NCBI GenBank assembly: GCA_024650005.2
Contig: CP122380.1
Location: forward strand, 192,001 to 256,000
From: Candidatus Bathyarchaeum tardum
GTDB taxonomy: Archaea; Thermoproteota; Bathyarchaeia; Bathyarchaeales; Bathyarchaeaceae
Direction: 5' to 3'
DNA: 64,000 nucleotides
Position 1 is the first letter of the stretch, and each line of letters opens with the position of its first letter. The translations under genes were made by a program, and so were the position numbers. Under the pieces are notes generated by a model. It did not search any database, was not told the origin of the DNA, and worked only from the letters and a program-made list of their open reading frames with translations. Shown here piece after piece: positions 19,179 to 29,530 of the stretch.

Positions 19179-21043
19179 ATTTTTCTCCTCTGTATTTTGT
19201 TTCTAAAAACTATCAAAACCGCTGTTGAAACAACAAACAGCGGCAGAATTGCCCAAAATGAAAACTCAGGAATTACGTTAACCTCAATTGGTGTCATTAA
19301 TGGATATTTGTCTGTGTTGTTGCGGTATTCCGAAACTAGGTATTGTGTGTCGCCGATTCCGTCGTTGTTTTTGTCTGTTCCGTTGTAGTCGCTCCAATAG
19401 TTGCCCCCTGACTGGGGACCGTTATCAAAAATTTGCATTCCATCTAGTATTGGTATGTATCCTTTGCTGGTTTTTTCGATTTTGACCTGTTGGTCTATGT
19501 TTTTGATAAAATTGTTGTTGTAAACAACGTTGTTTGAGCAGTTGACAAATCCTGCTCCTATCCAATTATTTTCGATATTGTTGCCTGTTATTGTGTTGCT
19601 AGAGGCGTTGAAAAAAAGCAGCCCGTGTTTGTAGTTTTCTTGAATGTTGTTGTTGGTTATGTTGTTTTGTGTTGAGTTGCCAAGCCAAATTGCCCAGTAA
19701 TTATGTTTGATATTGTTTTCAACTATGGAGTTGTTTGTGGATTGGTACAGTTTCACGCCATAATAGTTGTTGATTACTACAGTTTTGGTTATCGTGCAAT
19801 TTGTTGTGTACGCTAAAAAAAGTCCATTATAATTGTTTGAGATTTCAGCATCTGTAACTGTGATGTTACTGCAGTTAACCAAGGTTACCTGTCCTGCATC
19901 TGTTGGAACAGTTGCATTATGTAGGTTGACCAAGTAGTAAACTGGCTTGCCATCAACAGTGTTTGAGCTGTCAATATCTTGAATGTAATGTTCAAGTATT
20001 GTTCCGTTAACCCAGATGTTGTTTTTGTTACCAGAAATTTCGTTGTTACTTAGTTTGTTGTTGGTGCATTGTTTGATTTCTATTCCATGTTTATTTTTTG
20101 CGATTTTGTTTCCTACGATTATGTTGTTGCTTGCATCATCAGCTAATCCCAGTCCACAATATATGCTGTTGATTATGTGGTTTTTTTTGATGATATTGCC
20201 GAAAGACGAAGATATTATTTGGACAGCATTTGCTGTATCCATAAAACTGTTAGATTCGGCCAAATTGTTAGATGATGCTTGAATCTTTAGTCCATAACTG
20301 CCAAGTATTATGTTGTCTGCAGATCTCAAAAAAATATTTCTGGTTATCGTTATCTGGTTACTTGTTATGGTGTTGTTGTCTGCTGATGTGCAGCACCATA
20401 TTCCGCCAAGGGAATTAGAAACAAGGTTTGTACGTAGATTATTTGTAGTTGAAGAATTTATTACGATTCCATAACCGTAGATGTAATCCTCTATGCTGTT
20501 GCCTTGGATTGTGTTATTGTCAGAATATTGAAGCTTTATTCCTTTGCTGTATGGTATGTTTCTTGTGCCGTTCATATGGTTGTTTTCTATGATATTTTCT
20601 GAAGCTCCGTAAAGCCAAATACCTATCCAATGTTCGGAGAAAATGCAGTTTGACACTTTACAGTTTCGAACATGAAGCAGGTGGATTCCTCTGCCACTTA
20701 TAGAATTAACAACACTTTCTATTGTAAAATTGCTGATGGTGACATTGTCATGTTGCACCAACACTGCTGTTCCATTAAGTTCCCAGTTGCCGACTATTTT
20801 GGTTTTTTCTTTGTTTTCCCCAACTAATGATACCATTTTATCGATAACTACGCTGCCGTTGTATGTTCCTTCTTTCACAAAAACTGTGTCACCGTCATCA
20901 GCAGCGTCTACTGCTTGTTGAATTGAGTTGTAATCGTCGGGAACAACAATCATTTTTGGTTCCGGTTGGGCTTTAGTTTGAGGAAACAAAGCCAAAACAG
21001 AAATTAGTAATAACAAAATGAATGTTGTTTTGAATTCATTCAT
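19175..21043 (-). CDS. Secreted NosD/CASH beta-helix surface protein with PEF-CTERM tail
   Basis: ATG 21043 begins signal peptide (ORF-track extension to 21139 is probably promoter); GNYWSDY; VIPEF-TM-RRK. Confidence 0.9.
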   Translation of the reverse strand: MNEFKTTFILLLLISVLALFPQTKAQPEPKMIVVPDDYNSIQQAVDAADDGDTVFVKEGTYNGSVVIDKMVSLVGENKEKTKIVGNWELNGTAVLVQHDNVTISNFTIESVVNSISGRGIHLLHVRNCKVSNCIFSEHWIGIWLYGASENIIENNHMNGTRNIPYSKGIKLQYSDNNTIQGNSIEDYIYGYGIVINSSTTNNLRTNLVSNSLGGIWCCTSADNNTITSNQITITRNIFLRSADNIILGSYGLKIQASSNNLAESNSFMDTANAVQIISSSFGNIIKKNHIINSIYCGLGLADDASNNIIVGNKIAKNKHGIEIKQCTNNKLSNNEISGNKNNIWVNGTILEHYIQDIDSSNTVDGKPVYYLVNLHNATVPTDAGQVTLVNCSNITVTDAEISNNYNGLFLAYTTNCTITKTVVINNYYGVKLYQSTNNSIVENNIKHNYWAIWLGNSTQNNITNNNIQENYKHGLLFFNASSNTITGNNIENNWIGAGFVNCSNNVVYNNNFIKNIDQQVKIEKTSKGYIPILDGMQIFDNGPQSGGNYWSDYNGTDKNNDGIGDTQYLVSEYRNNTDKYPLMTPIEVNVIPEFSFWAILPLFVVSTAVLIVFRNKIQRRKM

Positions 21044-21089
21044 TTTACATCTAAATATTACTGGTTTGACATAAGGAAAAAGGGTTTTT

Positions 21090-21150
21090 GTCAAGAAATA
21101 TTGACTAAATGTTCTTGTATAAATTGTTTCTATAGTCAAGAAACTTTGAC
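21090..21150 (-). promoter_or_regulatory. Two GTCAA-N6-TTGAC palindromes upstream of beta-helix operon
   Basis: GTCAAGAAATATTGAC 21090-21105; GTCAAGAAACTTTGAC 21135-21150. Confidence 0.75.
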
Positions 21151-21205
21151 TAATAGACTTTTGAGTTTTTGTTTATGCATTAGCCTCTGCTTTTTTAGCA
21201 GTATC

Positions 21206-21364
21206 CTATTCTGTCTTTTGGTGCAATAATTTTTTGCATTTTGGACAATAAGGCTGAAGACTAAAAGGTTTATCTACCCACCAAACCCTGTTTACCAGTT
21301 TATATTTGACTTTAGTTCCACACGAATAACATTTTCTTTCATGAGGTTCTCTTGCTTTTGACAT
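21206..21364 (-). CDS. 52-aa zinc-ribbon microprotein
   Basis: MSKAREPHERKCYSCGTKVKYKLVNRVWWVDKPFSLQPYCPKCKKLLHQKTE; CxxC...CxxC; below ORF-track cutoff. Confidence 0.65.
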   Translation of the reverse strand: MSKAREPHERKCYSCGTKVKYKLVNRVWWVDKPFSLQPYCPKCKKLLHQKTE

Positions 21365-21699
21365 TTACTGCGTCCCAAAAACGTATTAAATAATAAGACT
21401 AAATAAACTTTAATTATTGATAATACGGATTATTTGATGGGATTAAACTTTATCTCCTCTGCTGGTTTGAAAGGAATATCTTTACGGTTATCGTCCCTAC
21501 TAGGGTACCCTGACTGTTTTCCTTACCTGTATACACGATTTAGCACGTAAACACTCTACTTCTTTTGTTTATAATATGGTACCTTCCTTAATCCTCTCTT
21601 TCATATTTGGTATACAATCGCAAAGAAATGAGGAAGAAATTAATACTCTTGGTTTAATCTCCTGCATAAAAGCAAACAAGATTACATGTGCAAAGATGA

Positions 21700-21795
21700 T
21701 TACTTATTGCTTTTCTCTATTATGATGTCTGCAAAGTACCTGACCATTACCGATTGTTGTTTTTTCCCCTATTTGCTCCAAGGCTTCACGTGATC
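21700..21795 (-). pseudogene. HNH endonuclease C-terminal remnant
   Basis: DHVKPWSK*G then frameshift KTTIGNGQVLCRHHNREK, matching HNH DH..P.S.GG.....N...LC..CN..K. Confidence 0.75.
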
Positions 21796-21935
21796 ACTTT
21801 TAAATTAATAGATTAAGTAAAACTGTAAAAAGCCGATTATTATGGATTGTAAACCAAAATATGTTGCAGATTTTTTTATGGCAAACCTAAAAAGGAAAAA
21901 CAATCCACATTTTCTAATCGAGAATAGGGGTAATC

Positions 21936-22871
21936 ATGATGGTAAATGCGAGAGAATTTATTGAGAATGCCATAATTGAAATTAATGAAACAGTGGGAGA
22001 AAATAAGGTAATCTCTGCTTGTTCTGGAGGAGTTGACAGCATGACTGCAACTTATCTAGTTCACAAGGCTGTAGGCGATAACCTACTTGCAGTTTTCATT
22101 GATGATGGATTGAGGCGTCAAGGAGAACCAGAATTTGTTGCTGAAACACTAAAATCTTTAGGAATTAAAACAAGAGTAATTGATGCAAAAGAAGAATTCT
22201 TCAAAACTTTTCAAGGAAAAATTGATGCTGAAGAAAAACGCAAAGCTTTCAGAGACAAATTCTATAAAACTTTTGGAAAAGTAGCAAAAGAAGAAAACAT
22301 GAAATTTATTGTTCAAGGCACAATAAAGGCTGATGTACTTGAAACTGTTAAGGGAATTAAATCACAACACAATGTCCTAGAACAGATAGGAATTAATCCT
22401 CAAAAATATGGTTATGTAATTCTTGAACCCTTAAGAGAACTTTTTAAACCCGGTGTCAGAATGGTAGCTCGGGAACTTGGGCTTCCAAAAGAAGTTTCTG
22501 AAAGAATGCCTTTCCCGGGACCAGCATTATCACTAAGAGTCTTAGGGGAGGTAACTCCTGAAAAAGTTGCTATTGTACGTAAAGCAACTCAAATAGTTGA
22601 AGAAGAAACATCAAACCTTAAAACATTCCAGAATTTTGCAGTGCTTCATAACGACAAAGCTACTGGAATTAAAAATGACAAAAGAGTATATGGTAACATT
22701 GTAACAATACGGGTTGTAGTTTCAAAAGATGCTGTAACTGCAACTGCAAAAGAAATTGAATACAAAACATTATTCAAAATTGCAAAAAGGATTACAACGG
22801 AACTACCTACAGTTGTTAGATGTTTGTATGATGTTACAGATAAGCCACCTGCAACAATAGAGTTCGAATAA
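21936..22871 (+). CDS. guaAB: GMP synthase subunit B (ATP pyrophosphatase)
   Basis: SGGVDS, D.EEKRK, VQGTI..D, IKSQHNV, PFPGPAL, DVTDKPPATIEFE. Confidence 0.95.
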   Translation: MMVNAREFIENAIIEINETVGENKVISACSGGVDSMTATYLVHKAVGDNLLAVFIDDGLRRQGEPEFVAETLKSLGIKTRVIDAKEEFFKTFQGKIDAEEKRKAFRDKFYKTFGKVAKEENMKFIVQGTIKADVLETVKGIKSQHNVLEQIGINPQKYGYVILEPLRELFKPGVRMVARELGLPKEVSERMPFPGPALSLRVLGEVTPEKVAIVRKATQIVEEETSNLKTFQNFAVLHNDKATGIKNDKRVYGNIVTIRVVVSKDAVTATAKEIEYKTLFKIAKRITTELPTVVRCLYDVTDKPPATIEFE

Positions 22872-23018
22872 TACAAAAACATCTTAATTTTTTGGTTAAT
22901 TTTTAACCTTTTTTCCCTCTTCTTTTCTATCTTTCCTTTCTACTTTTCTTATCACAAAACACAAAATGAAATACAGTAAAACAAAAGACTCACACGCAAT
23001 TGTGGGAATAATTGTTAG

Positions 23019-23069
23019 GTCAAACTTTCTTGACAAGGTATCCGATATTTTTGGTCAAGGTTTCTTGAC
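23019..23069 (+). promoter_or_regulatory. Two GTCAA-N6-TTGAC palindromes upstream of PEF-CTERM gene
   Basis: GTCAAACTTTCTTGAC 23019-23034; GTCAAGGTTTCTTGAC 23054-23069. Confidence 0.75.
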
Positions 23070-23116
23070 AAAAACCCTTTTGTTTTCTCTAAATCCAGCA
23101 ATTATTCGTGAACATA

Positions 23117-23614
23117 ATGAAACGTATAATGATTATAAGTTCACTGATGACTGTTTTATTTCTTTCAACCTGTATACCTAACGCTGTTTTTGCCTCTTCT
23201 GAGAATTGGGTTGAAGTAATGAGATTTTCAGAAAACTCTTCTTGGTTAGGTGAGACGGACCCTTTTATTATTGACCATGTTGATTGGAGAATTAAATGGG
23301 AATATGTTCCAAGACCTAATGAAGAAAATCTGTCAGTTTTTCAAGTATATGCAGAAACACACGAAGACTTTCACAAAAGAGTAGATTCAATAGTAAATTG
23401 GGGTTCTGGAATCTATAATGGAACTCTAAACATAACCGATGATTTTGGCAAATATAAATTATTTATAATATCAAACGTGCCTAGCTTCTCAATAATAATT
23501 GAACAAAACATAGATTCCATCCCAGAATTTCCTTCATGGATAGTTTTACCCTTATTCTTGATTGCAACGTTGTCTTTGATTGCTGCCAGAAAAAAACTAA
23601 AACTAAATTCTTGA
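23117..23614 (+). CDS. Secreted protein with PEF-CTERM sorting tail
   Basis: MKRIMII signal peptide; IPEFPSW-TM-RKK C-terminus. Confidence 0.85.
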   Translation: MKRIMIISSLMTVLFLSTCIPNAVFASSENWVEVMRFSENSSWLGETDPFIIDHVDWRIKWEYVPRPNEENLSVFQVYAETHEDFHKRVDSIVNWGSGIYNGTLNITDDFGKYKLFIISNVPSFSIIIEQNIDSIPEFPSWIVLPLFLIATLSLIAARKKLKLNS

Positions 23615-23758
23615 GTAATGCTTTGTGATTCGGAATTTGAGAACACAATATCCGAGATTGAATAGGTTGTTTATTCCGGAATAGGCTTTGAATCCTGTTC
23701 TTTTTCACTCTGCCTGTGCCCCCTTGGGCACAATTCACTCGAGCACTGTAAGATTTTG

Positions 23759-24199
23759 TTATTTTTTATTCTGTTTTTGATCCATTACTTTTTTTGCTAA
23801 AATTACTGCTTCTTCTTTTGTTTCTCCGAATAATGCACCTATTTCATCTGCATCGTCTTCAGTCACAGCTGTGCCGCCAATCATGATTGTAATTTTGTCT
23901 TTTATTCCTTCGTTTTCTAGGGCAGAAACTACCTTTGGAAGATTATTTTTTGCAGCGCTCAATAAAACAGAAATAACAATTATGTCTGCGTTTGTCTCTT
24001 TAGCTTTTGACGCAAAAACTTCCGGAGAAGCCCCGCGTCCAACATCTACAACTTTAAACTGTGCCCTCTTCAAGGCTTTTCTGACCATCTCTTTAGCCGT
24101 AGTCATTATATCGGGATCAAGAGTACCTATTACCACAGTTCCAATTGGATTGTCTGGTTCAGGAGGTTCCTTGTCCATCATGCCTTTTAACCAAGCCAA
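23759..24199 (-). CDS. Cobalamin-binding (MtaC-like Rossmann) domain protein lacking the His ligand
   Basis: VVIGTLDPDIMTTAK, VVDVGRG..PE.F, DII.ISVLL, IMIGG.AV; GGTGA SD, TTG start. Confidence 0.8.
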   Translation of the reverse strand: MAWLKGMMDKEPPEPDNPIGTVVIGTLDPDIMTTAKEMVRKALKRAQFKVVDVGRGASPEVFASKAKETNADIIVISVLLSAAKNNLPKVVSALENEGIKDKITIMIGGTAVTEDDADEIGALFGETKEEAVILAKKVMDQKQNKK

Positions 24200-24309
24200 A
24201 AAATCACCCCTATATGTATAATACTAATAGATGCTGGAAGCTTTTAATCCTGCCGTTAAAATTGCATCCGTTCGGGTGTATTTTAATTGGTATTTTAGTT
24301 ACATAATGC

Positions 24310-24354
24310 TTATATTATTGGTTTTCTATGTTGGCTTTACTACCTAAAGTAGTA
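24310..24354 (+). promoter_or_regulatory. dnaK-operon promoter with TACTAC-N5-GTAGTA operator
   Basis: TTATAT near 24310; palindrome at 24338-24354. Confidence 0.55.
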
Positions 24355-24459
24355 TAGTACGTGTGGTAACAAATGACTGAAGCTCGAGCCGCCAAAAACA
24401 TTTACGAATCTGAAGAGGCAATGTGAGGGATTACTATCAAAGGCGATTTAGACCTATTT

Positions 24460-25137
24460 TTGATGATTCTGGAAAACCCCACACGAAGAGATATCATAAA
24501 ACGTCTCAGCGAGGAACCAAATTACTCCCTTCAGTTGGCAAAAGATTTAGGCCTAGGTCAACAGCTGGTTGCAAAACATCTGCGGATAATGGAAGAAGCT
24601 GGAATGGTGGCATCTTCTGTTGAAGCCAGTCCCCTTGGTCCCAAACGCAAAATCTACACCCTGGACAAGAACGTTTCTGTTACTTTGGATGTTTCCCGAC
24701 ATTTTTTCAAGGCCAAAGTTGTATTTTTTGACTCTGAGCCTGAACGAGAAGAAATCTCTGATACTTCTGCTTCTCTGATGGATAAAATGGACCAAACCCT
24801 GGAACGTCCAAAACAGTTTGAAACCATCACACCTTTTACCAGTATAATTTCTGAAATAGATAAACAACTAGAATCCTTGGAGAATGAACGTGCAATTTTG
24901 TTGTATATCAGAAATTTTGCAATGAAAGAAGCTTCCCACATCGTTGAGTTATTCACGAATCCTGATACAAGAAGAATCATCCGTTACGCTTTAGATGAAC
25001 ATGACATCAGCGTGAAAAGCATCTCTGAATCCCTAAATTTGAGGGAAACTATTGTTCGTCAGGCATTATCAAAATTGAAACAGAGTTTTAATATTGGAGT
25101 TGAAATTGTTGACGAAAACCCAAAAGAAAACCAGTAA
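24460..25137 (+). CDS. ArsR/HSR1-like heat-shock regulator (true start likely upstream, ~24430-24436)
   Basis: ILENPTRRDIIKRLS..P.Y..QLA..L...QQ.V.KHL..ME..G, GP.RK.Y; first gene of grpE-dnaK-dnaJ. Confidence 0.85.
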   Translation: MMILENPTRRDIIKRLSEEPNYSLQLAKDLGLGQQLVAKHLRIMEEAGMVASSVEASPLGPKRKIYTLDKNVSVTLDVSRHFFKAKVVFFDSEPEREEISDTSASLMDKMDQTLERPKQFETITPFTSIISEIDKQLESLENERAILLYIRNFAMKEASHIVELFTNPDTRRIIRYALDEHDISVKSISESLNLRETIVRQALSKLKQSFNIGVEIVDENPKENQ

Positions 25138-25681
25138 ATCGAGTGGAAAATCTTTGAAAGATTCTAACATTAACAAAGAACTTGAACAAAAAATAACCCA
25201 ACTAGAAGAACAACTAAGTGTAGAACAAAAGAAATCTCAAGACTACTTGACTAAACTCAAGTATCTGCAAGCTGATTTTGAAAATTACCGCAGAAGGGCA
25301 GAAAAACAGGTCCAAGATGCTGTTACTCGTAGCAACGAAAACCTGGTTTCATCCCTGATTGAAGTTATTGATGATTTTGAAAATGCAATTTCAGCAGGAG
25401 AAACAACCGAAAACAAAGATGCTCTGCTGGAAGGAATAAAAATGGTTCATAAAAAACTGGATTGTTTGTTGGCAACTGAAGGTTTAGAGCGCCTTGAATG
25501 TGTGGGTCACCAATTTGACCCCATAAAACATGAAGTTTTGGCGCAAATCCCAACCGACAACCATGAAAGTGGCACAGTCATTGAAGAAGCTCGCAAGGGC
25601 TTCGTTTTCAAAGGCAAAGTTCTCAGACCAAGCGTAGTTACTATCGCTTGTGAAAATTCAAAAGGTGAACACAATGAGTGA
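25094..25681 (+). CDS. grpE: Nucleotide exchange factor GrpE (start possibly TTG 25106/25109)
   Basis: [19 protein letters not shown]...KVLRPSVV. Confidence 0.96.
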   Translation: MELKLLTKTQKKTSKSSGKSLKDSNINKELEQKITQLEEQLSVEQKKSQDYLTKLKYLQADFENYRRRAEKQVQDAVTRSNENLVSSLIEVIDDFENAISAGETTENKDALLEGIKMVHKKLDCLLATEGLERLECVGHQFDPIKHEVLAQIPTDNHESGTVIEEARKGFVFKGKVLRPSVVTIACENSKGEHNE

Positions 25682-27563
25682 AACAAAACGAGAAAGAATA
25701 TTAGGAATAGACCTAGGAACAACCAACTCTGCAGCTGCCATAATGGAAGCTGGAAGACCCGTAATCATCCCCAGCGCAGAGGGACCAACCATCGCGGGCA
25801 AAATGTTTCCGTCGGTGGTTGCCTTCACAAAAGATGGACAACTGTTAGTTGGAGAACCCGCAAAACGACAAGCGGTAACCAACCCAGAAGGGTCAGTTTT
25901 TGAAGTAAAACGAAAAATGGGTACAAACGAAAAGATCAAACTCCACGGCAAAGAATACAGTCCACAACAAATTTCTGCTTTCATACTTCAGAAAATTAAA
26001 CGTGACGCAGAAACCTTCCTTGGTGAACCTGTAAGCAAATGTATCATTACAGTCCCTGCCCATTTTAACGACAACCAGCGACAAGCAACCAAAGACGCTG
26101 GAGAAATTGCAGGGTTTGAAATTTCCCGAATAATCAACGAACCAACTGCGGCCTCCCTTGCGTATGGTTTAGACAAAACTGACAAAGAAATGAAAATTTT
26201 GGTCTTCAGTTTCGGTGGAGGAACCAACGACACTACAATCATGGATTTCGGTGGAGGAGTCTTCGAAGTTTTAGGAACAAGCGGAGATACTCAACTAGGT
26301 GGAACAAACTTGGACTCTGCAGTTGTAAATTACTTACTTGGAGACTTCAAAACCCAAAACGGCATTGACCTAAGCAATGACGCCATGGCAATGCGTCGAC
26401 TTAAAGAAGCTGGAGAAAAAGCCAAAATTGAGCTTTCAACCTTGCTCACAACTGATATCGATCTGCCTTTCATTGCTTCTGACGTTAGTGGTCCAAAACA
26501 CTTGCATGTTACATTAACTCGAGCTAAACTTGAACAACTAACAAGACCCATAGTTGAAAAAATCCGCGAGCCAATATTGCGAACCTTGCGAGACGCTAAA
26601 CTAGAAACAAAAGACATCGACAAAGTCGTATTAATTGGCGGACAAACGCGAATGCCTTTGGTTCGAAAATTTATGGAAGATCTTCTAGGTAAACCTGCTG
26701 AACGTGGTGTTGACCCGATGGAGTGTGTTGCTGTTGGTGCTGCAATTCAAGCTGGAGTCTTGGCTGGAGAAGTCAAAGACCTTCTACTGTTGGATGTTAC
26801 TCCCTTGTCTCTTGGAGTTGAAACTCTAGGTGGAGTTTCCACAAAAGTCATCGAACGAAACACAACCATACCCACCAAGAAAAGCCAAATATTCTCTACT
26901 GCTTCAGATAACCAAACAACCGTAACCATAAACGTGTTGCAAGGCGAACGTGCCATGGCAAAAGACAATGTTTCCTTGGGAATGTTTAACCTAACTGGAA
27001 TACCACCTGCGCCTCGAGGTGTCCCTCAAGTTGAAGTAACCTTTGACATTGACGCTGACGGTATCCTGAATGTTTCAGCCAAAGATTTAGCCACAAGCAA
27101 GGAACAAAAAATTACCATAACTGCTTCAACAAAACTTTCTGACACAGAAAAAGAACGTATGATGAAAGAAGCTGAACAATTCGCCGAAGAAGACGAAAAA
27201 CGCAAAAAAGAAATCGAAGTCCTCAACGAAGCTGACTCGTTGCTCTATACTGTAGAAAAAACCAAATCTGACCTAGGGGACAAACTTGCAAAAGATCAAA
27301 TCGAAAAAATCGATAAAGCCGCAGCTGAATTACGAGAAGTTCATAGTAGCAAAGACATTGAAAAAATCAAAGAAAAATCTGAAGCTTTAACCAAAATCTT
27401 GCAAGAAGTAGCTACTGTAGTTTACCAGCAAGCCGCGGCTGCACAGCAAGCAGCCCAACAGGCTCAAGGAGCGCAAGGGCAACAAGGACAACCGAACGCT
27501 GAAGGTCCCAAAGAAAACGTTGTAGATGCAGAATATGAAGAAGTAAAGGACAACAAAGAATAA
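25674..27563 (+). CDS. dnaK: Chaperone DnaK (Hsp70)
   Basis: [55 protein letters not shown]. Confidence 0.98.
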   Translation: MSETKRERILGIDLGTTNSAAAIMEAGRPVIIPSAEGPTIAGKMFPSVVAFTKDGQLLVGEPAKRQAVTNPEGSVFEVKRKMGTNEKIKLHGKEYSPQQISAFILQKIKRDAETFLGEPVSKCIITVPAHFNDNQRQATKDAGEIAGFEISRIINEPTAASLAYGLDKTDKEMKILVFSFGGGTNDTTIMDFGGGVFEVLGTSGDTQLGGTNLDSAVVNYLLGDFKTQNGIDLSNDAMAMRRLKEAGEKAKIELSTLLTTDIDLPFIASDVSGPKHLHVTLTRAKLEQLTRPIVEKIREPILRTLRDAKLETKDIDKVVLIGGQTRMPLVRKFMEDLLGKPAERGVDPMECVAVGAAIQAGVLAGEVKDLLLLDVTPLSLGVETLGGVSTKVIERNTTIPTKKSQIFSTASDNQTTVTINVLQGERAMAKDNVSLGMFNLTGIPPAPRGVPQVEVTFDIDADGILNVSAKDLATSKEQKITITASTKLSDTEKERMMKEAEQFAEEDEKRKKEIEVLNEADSLLYTVEKTKSDLGDKLAKDQIEKIDKAAAELREVHSSKDIEKIKEKSEALTKILQEVATVVYQQAAAAQQAAQQAQGAQGQQGQPNAEGPKENVVDAEYEEVKDNKE

Positions 27564-27596
27564 TCACCCTGTTGTTACGGCTTAGGCTGATATCCA

Positions 27597-28691
27597 GTGA
27601 CTGACAAACGCGACTACTACGAAGTTCTTGGAGTGTCAAAAGATGCTCTAAAACCCGAGATAAAAAAAGCATACCGAAAATTAGCTATGCAATACCACCC
27701 TGACCGAAACAAAGACGGAGGCGCTGAAGAAAAATTCAAAGAAATATCTGAAGCCTATGCTGTTCTTTCTGACGACGAAAAACGTAGCCAGTACGACCAG
27801 TATGGTCATGCTGGAATCAACGGGAAATACAACTGGGAAGACATTTACCGAAACACCGATTTTAACTCAGTTTTCAGAGACATCGGTTTCGGTGGGTTTG
27901 GCTCCATTTTTGACATGTTCTTTGGTGGAGGTGGAGGCGGTCGACGGGGGGGTCCACAAAAAGGTCAGGATTTGCGTCATCCAGTGGTGATCACTCTGGA
28001 AGAAGCTGCTTCTGGGGTTGAAAAAGAAATTGAATTCGACGGTTTTGACTCCTGTGACGTTTGTAGCGGCAGTGGAATTAAGCCTGATGCAAAAACTAGC
28101 CGATGTCCTGAATGCCAAGGAACTGGTCAGGTGCGTTCTGCTCGAAATTTGGGGGGTATGTACTTTACTCAAGTTCATCCTTGTAGGTCATGTAATGGAA
28201 GAGGCGTTCCTTTAGATAGTATATGTCAAAGTTGCAGGGGTTCTGGCGCTAAGCCTGCACGGCACAAAATTAAAGTAAAGATTCCCGCTGGATTTGAAGA
28301 TGGATACAGCCTGCGCATAAATGGCGAAGGCAAGCCTGGAATTAAAGGCGGTCCTCGGGGAGACTTGTATGTGCTTGTACACATTAAACCTCATAACCTG
28401 TTTGTACGCAGGGGTGATGACATTTTGTATGAAACCCAAATTAGTTTTCCTCAAGCTGCCTTGGGGACCAAAATTATGGTGCCCACATTAAATGGCGAAG
28501 CTAAACTGAAGATTCCAGATGGAACCCAAAGTGGAACAGTTTTCCGTTTGAAAGGCAAAGGTGTTCCTCATTTGCGGGGTTGGGGAAGTGGAGACCAGTT
28601 CGTAAATGTTGTCATCAATACTCCCCAGAAGCTATCGAAAAAACAAAAGAAACTCTTGAAAGAACTAGAAAAAGAATTTAAACACGATTAA
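27597..28691 (+). CDS. dnaJ: Chaperone DnaJ
   Basis: J-domain HPD, G/F region, four CxxCxGxG motifs; GTG start. Confidence 0.98.
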   Translation: MTDKRDYYEVLGVSKDALKPEIKKAYRKLAMQYHPDRNKDGGAEEKFKEISEAYAVLSDDEKRSQYDQYGHAGINGKYNWEDIYRNTDFNSVFRDIGFGGFGSIFDMFFGGGGGGRRGGPQKGQDLRHPVVITLEEAASGVEKEIEFDGFDSCDVCSGSGIKPDAKTSRCPECQGTGQVRSARNLGGMYFTQVHPCRSCNGRGVPLDSICQSCRGSGAKPARHKIKVKIPAGFEDGYSLRINGEGKPGIKGGPRGDLYVLVHIKPHNLFVRRGDDILYETQISFPQAALGTKIMVPTLNGEAKLKIPDGTQSGTVFRLKGKGVPHLRGWGSGDQFVNVVINTPQKLSKKQKKLLKELEKEFKHD

Positions 28692-29131
28692 CTTCTATTT
28701 TCAGCTCTTTTTTTCTGTTTTTCCCATTTTTTCTTTGCTGATCAGTCATTGGTTGGTTGTGTATTGTTGTATCTTTGGTTTCTTTGGTTATTTTGGTTTT
28801 ATTTGCCTGTTCCAGCGTTTTCTTGTGCTTTTGTACGCTGTTTTTGTAGTTTTTGGTACTTCTGTTCTACAGTTTAAATATTGACTAATACTTCAGTTTT
28901 CCCCCATTTTTTTATGCATTATGTATTCTATTTTTAGTTATTTATGAAATTTAGTTGCGATTTTGAAGTTATTTTTGCTGTTGAAGTTGCTGGCGTGATA
29001 TGCTTTGATATTGTTTGTCGTCACACCCATCCTTAAATCGATGTTTGACCTGTTATGAAAGTAAGAATATGTCTGGATAATGACATATTGTATAACTGTA
29101 ACACATAACTACACAAGGAAGATGGAAAAAA

Positions 29132-29530
29132 ATGAACAAACAAGAAATTAGAAAAGCTGAAATCAAGCTCGTAAGAGGAATGCTTGACCTAGTTGTCCTA
29201 GGGTTATTAAAGGATAAATCCCTCCACGGATATGGAGTAATAACAAACATACGCAAAAACTTTGGAGTTTACTTTGGTCCCAGTACCATCTACCCTCTGC
29301 TGGGTGAACTTGAAAAGAAAGGGACCATCAAAAGCGAATGGGACCTAACCCATGACCGTCCACGAAAAGTATATTCTTTAACCCCTGAAGGGGACAGTTT
29401 GTTAAACGGTGTGGAACAATCCCTTTACCAAATATGCAACAGACTCAACGAATTCGGGATGAACCGTTTGCGTCTTAACTGCCCAACAATTGACAACCAA
29501 CTGAAAGTAAACGATGTGATTTCCCTATGA
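29132..29530 (+). CDS. PadR family regulator
   Basis: LHGYGVI, GPSTIYPLL..LE..G.I, RPRKVYSLT..G. Confidence 0.92.
   Translation: MNKQEIRKAEIKLVRGMLDLVVLGLLKDKSLHGYGVITNIRKNFGVYFGPSTIYPLLGELEKKGTIKSEWDLTHDRPRKVYSLTPEGDSLLNGVEQSLYQICNRLNEFGMNRLRLNCPTIDNQLKVNDVISL

Noticed and set aside
18003-21043. NosD genes as evidence of nitrous oxide reduction
   Set aside because: No nosZ/F/Y; these are generic secreted beta-helix proteins with sorting tails
21044-21139. ORF-track N-terminal extensions of PEF-CTERM genes (also 55683-55730)
   Set aside because: They overlap promoter elements; signal peptides begin at downstream starts
27420-27495. CAG/GCA-rich low-complexity repeat
   Set aside because: Ordinary Q/A/G-rich DnaK C-terminal tail
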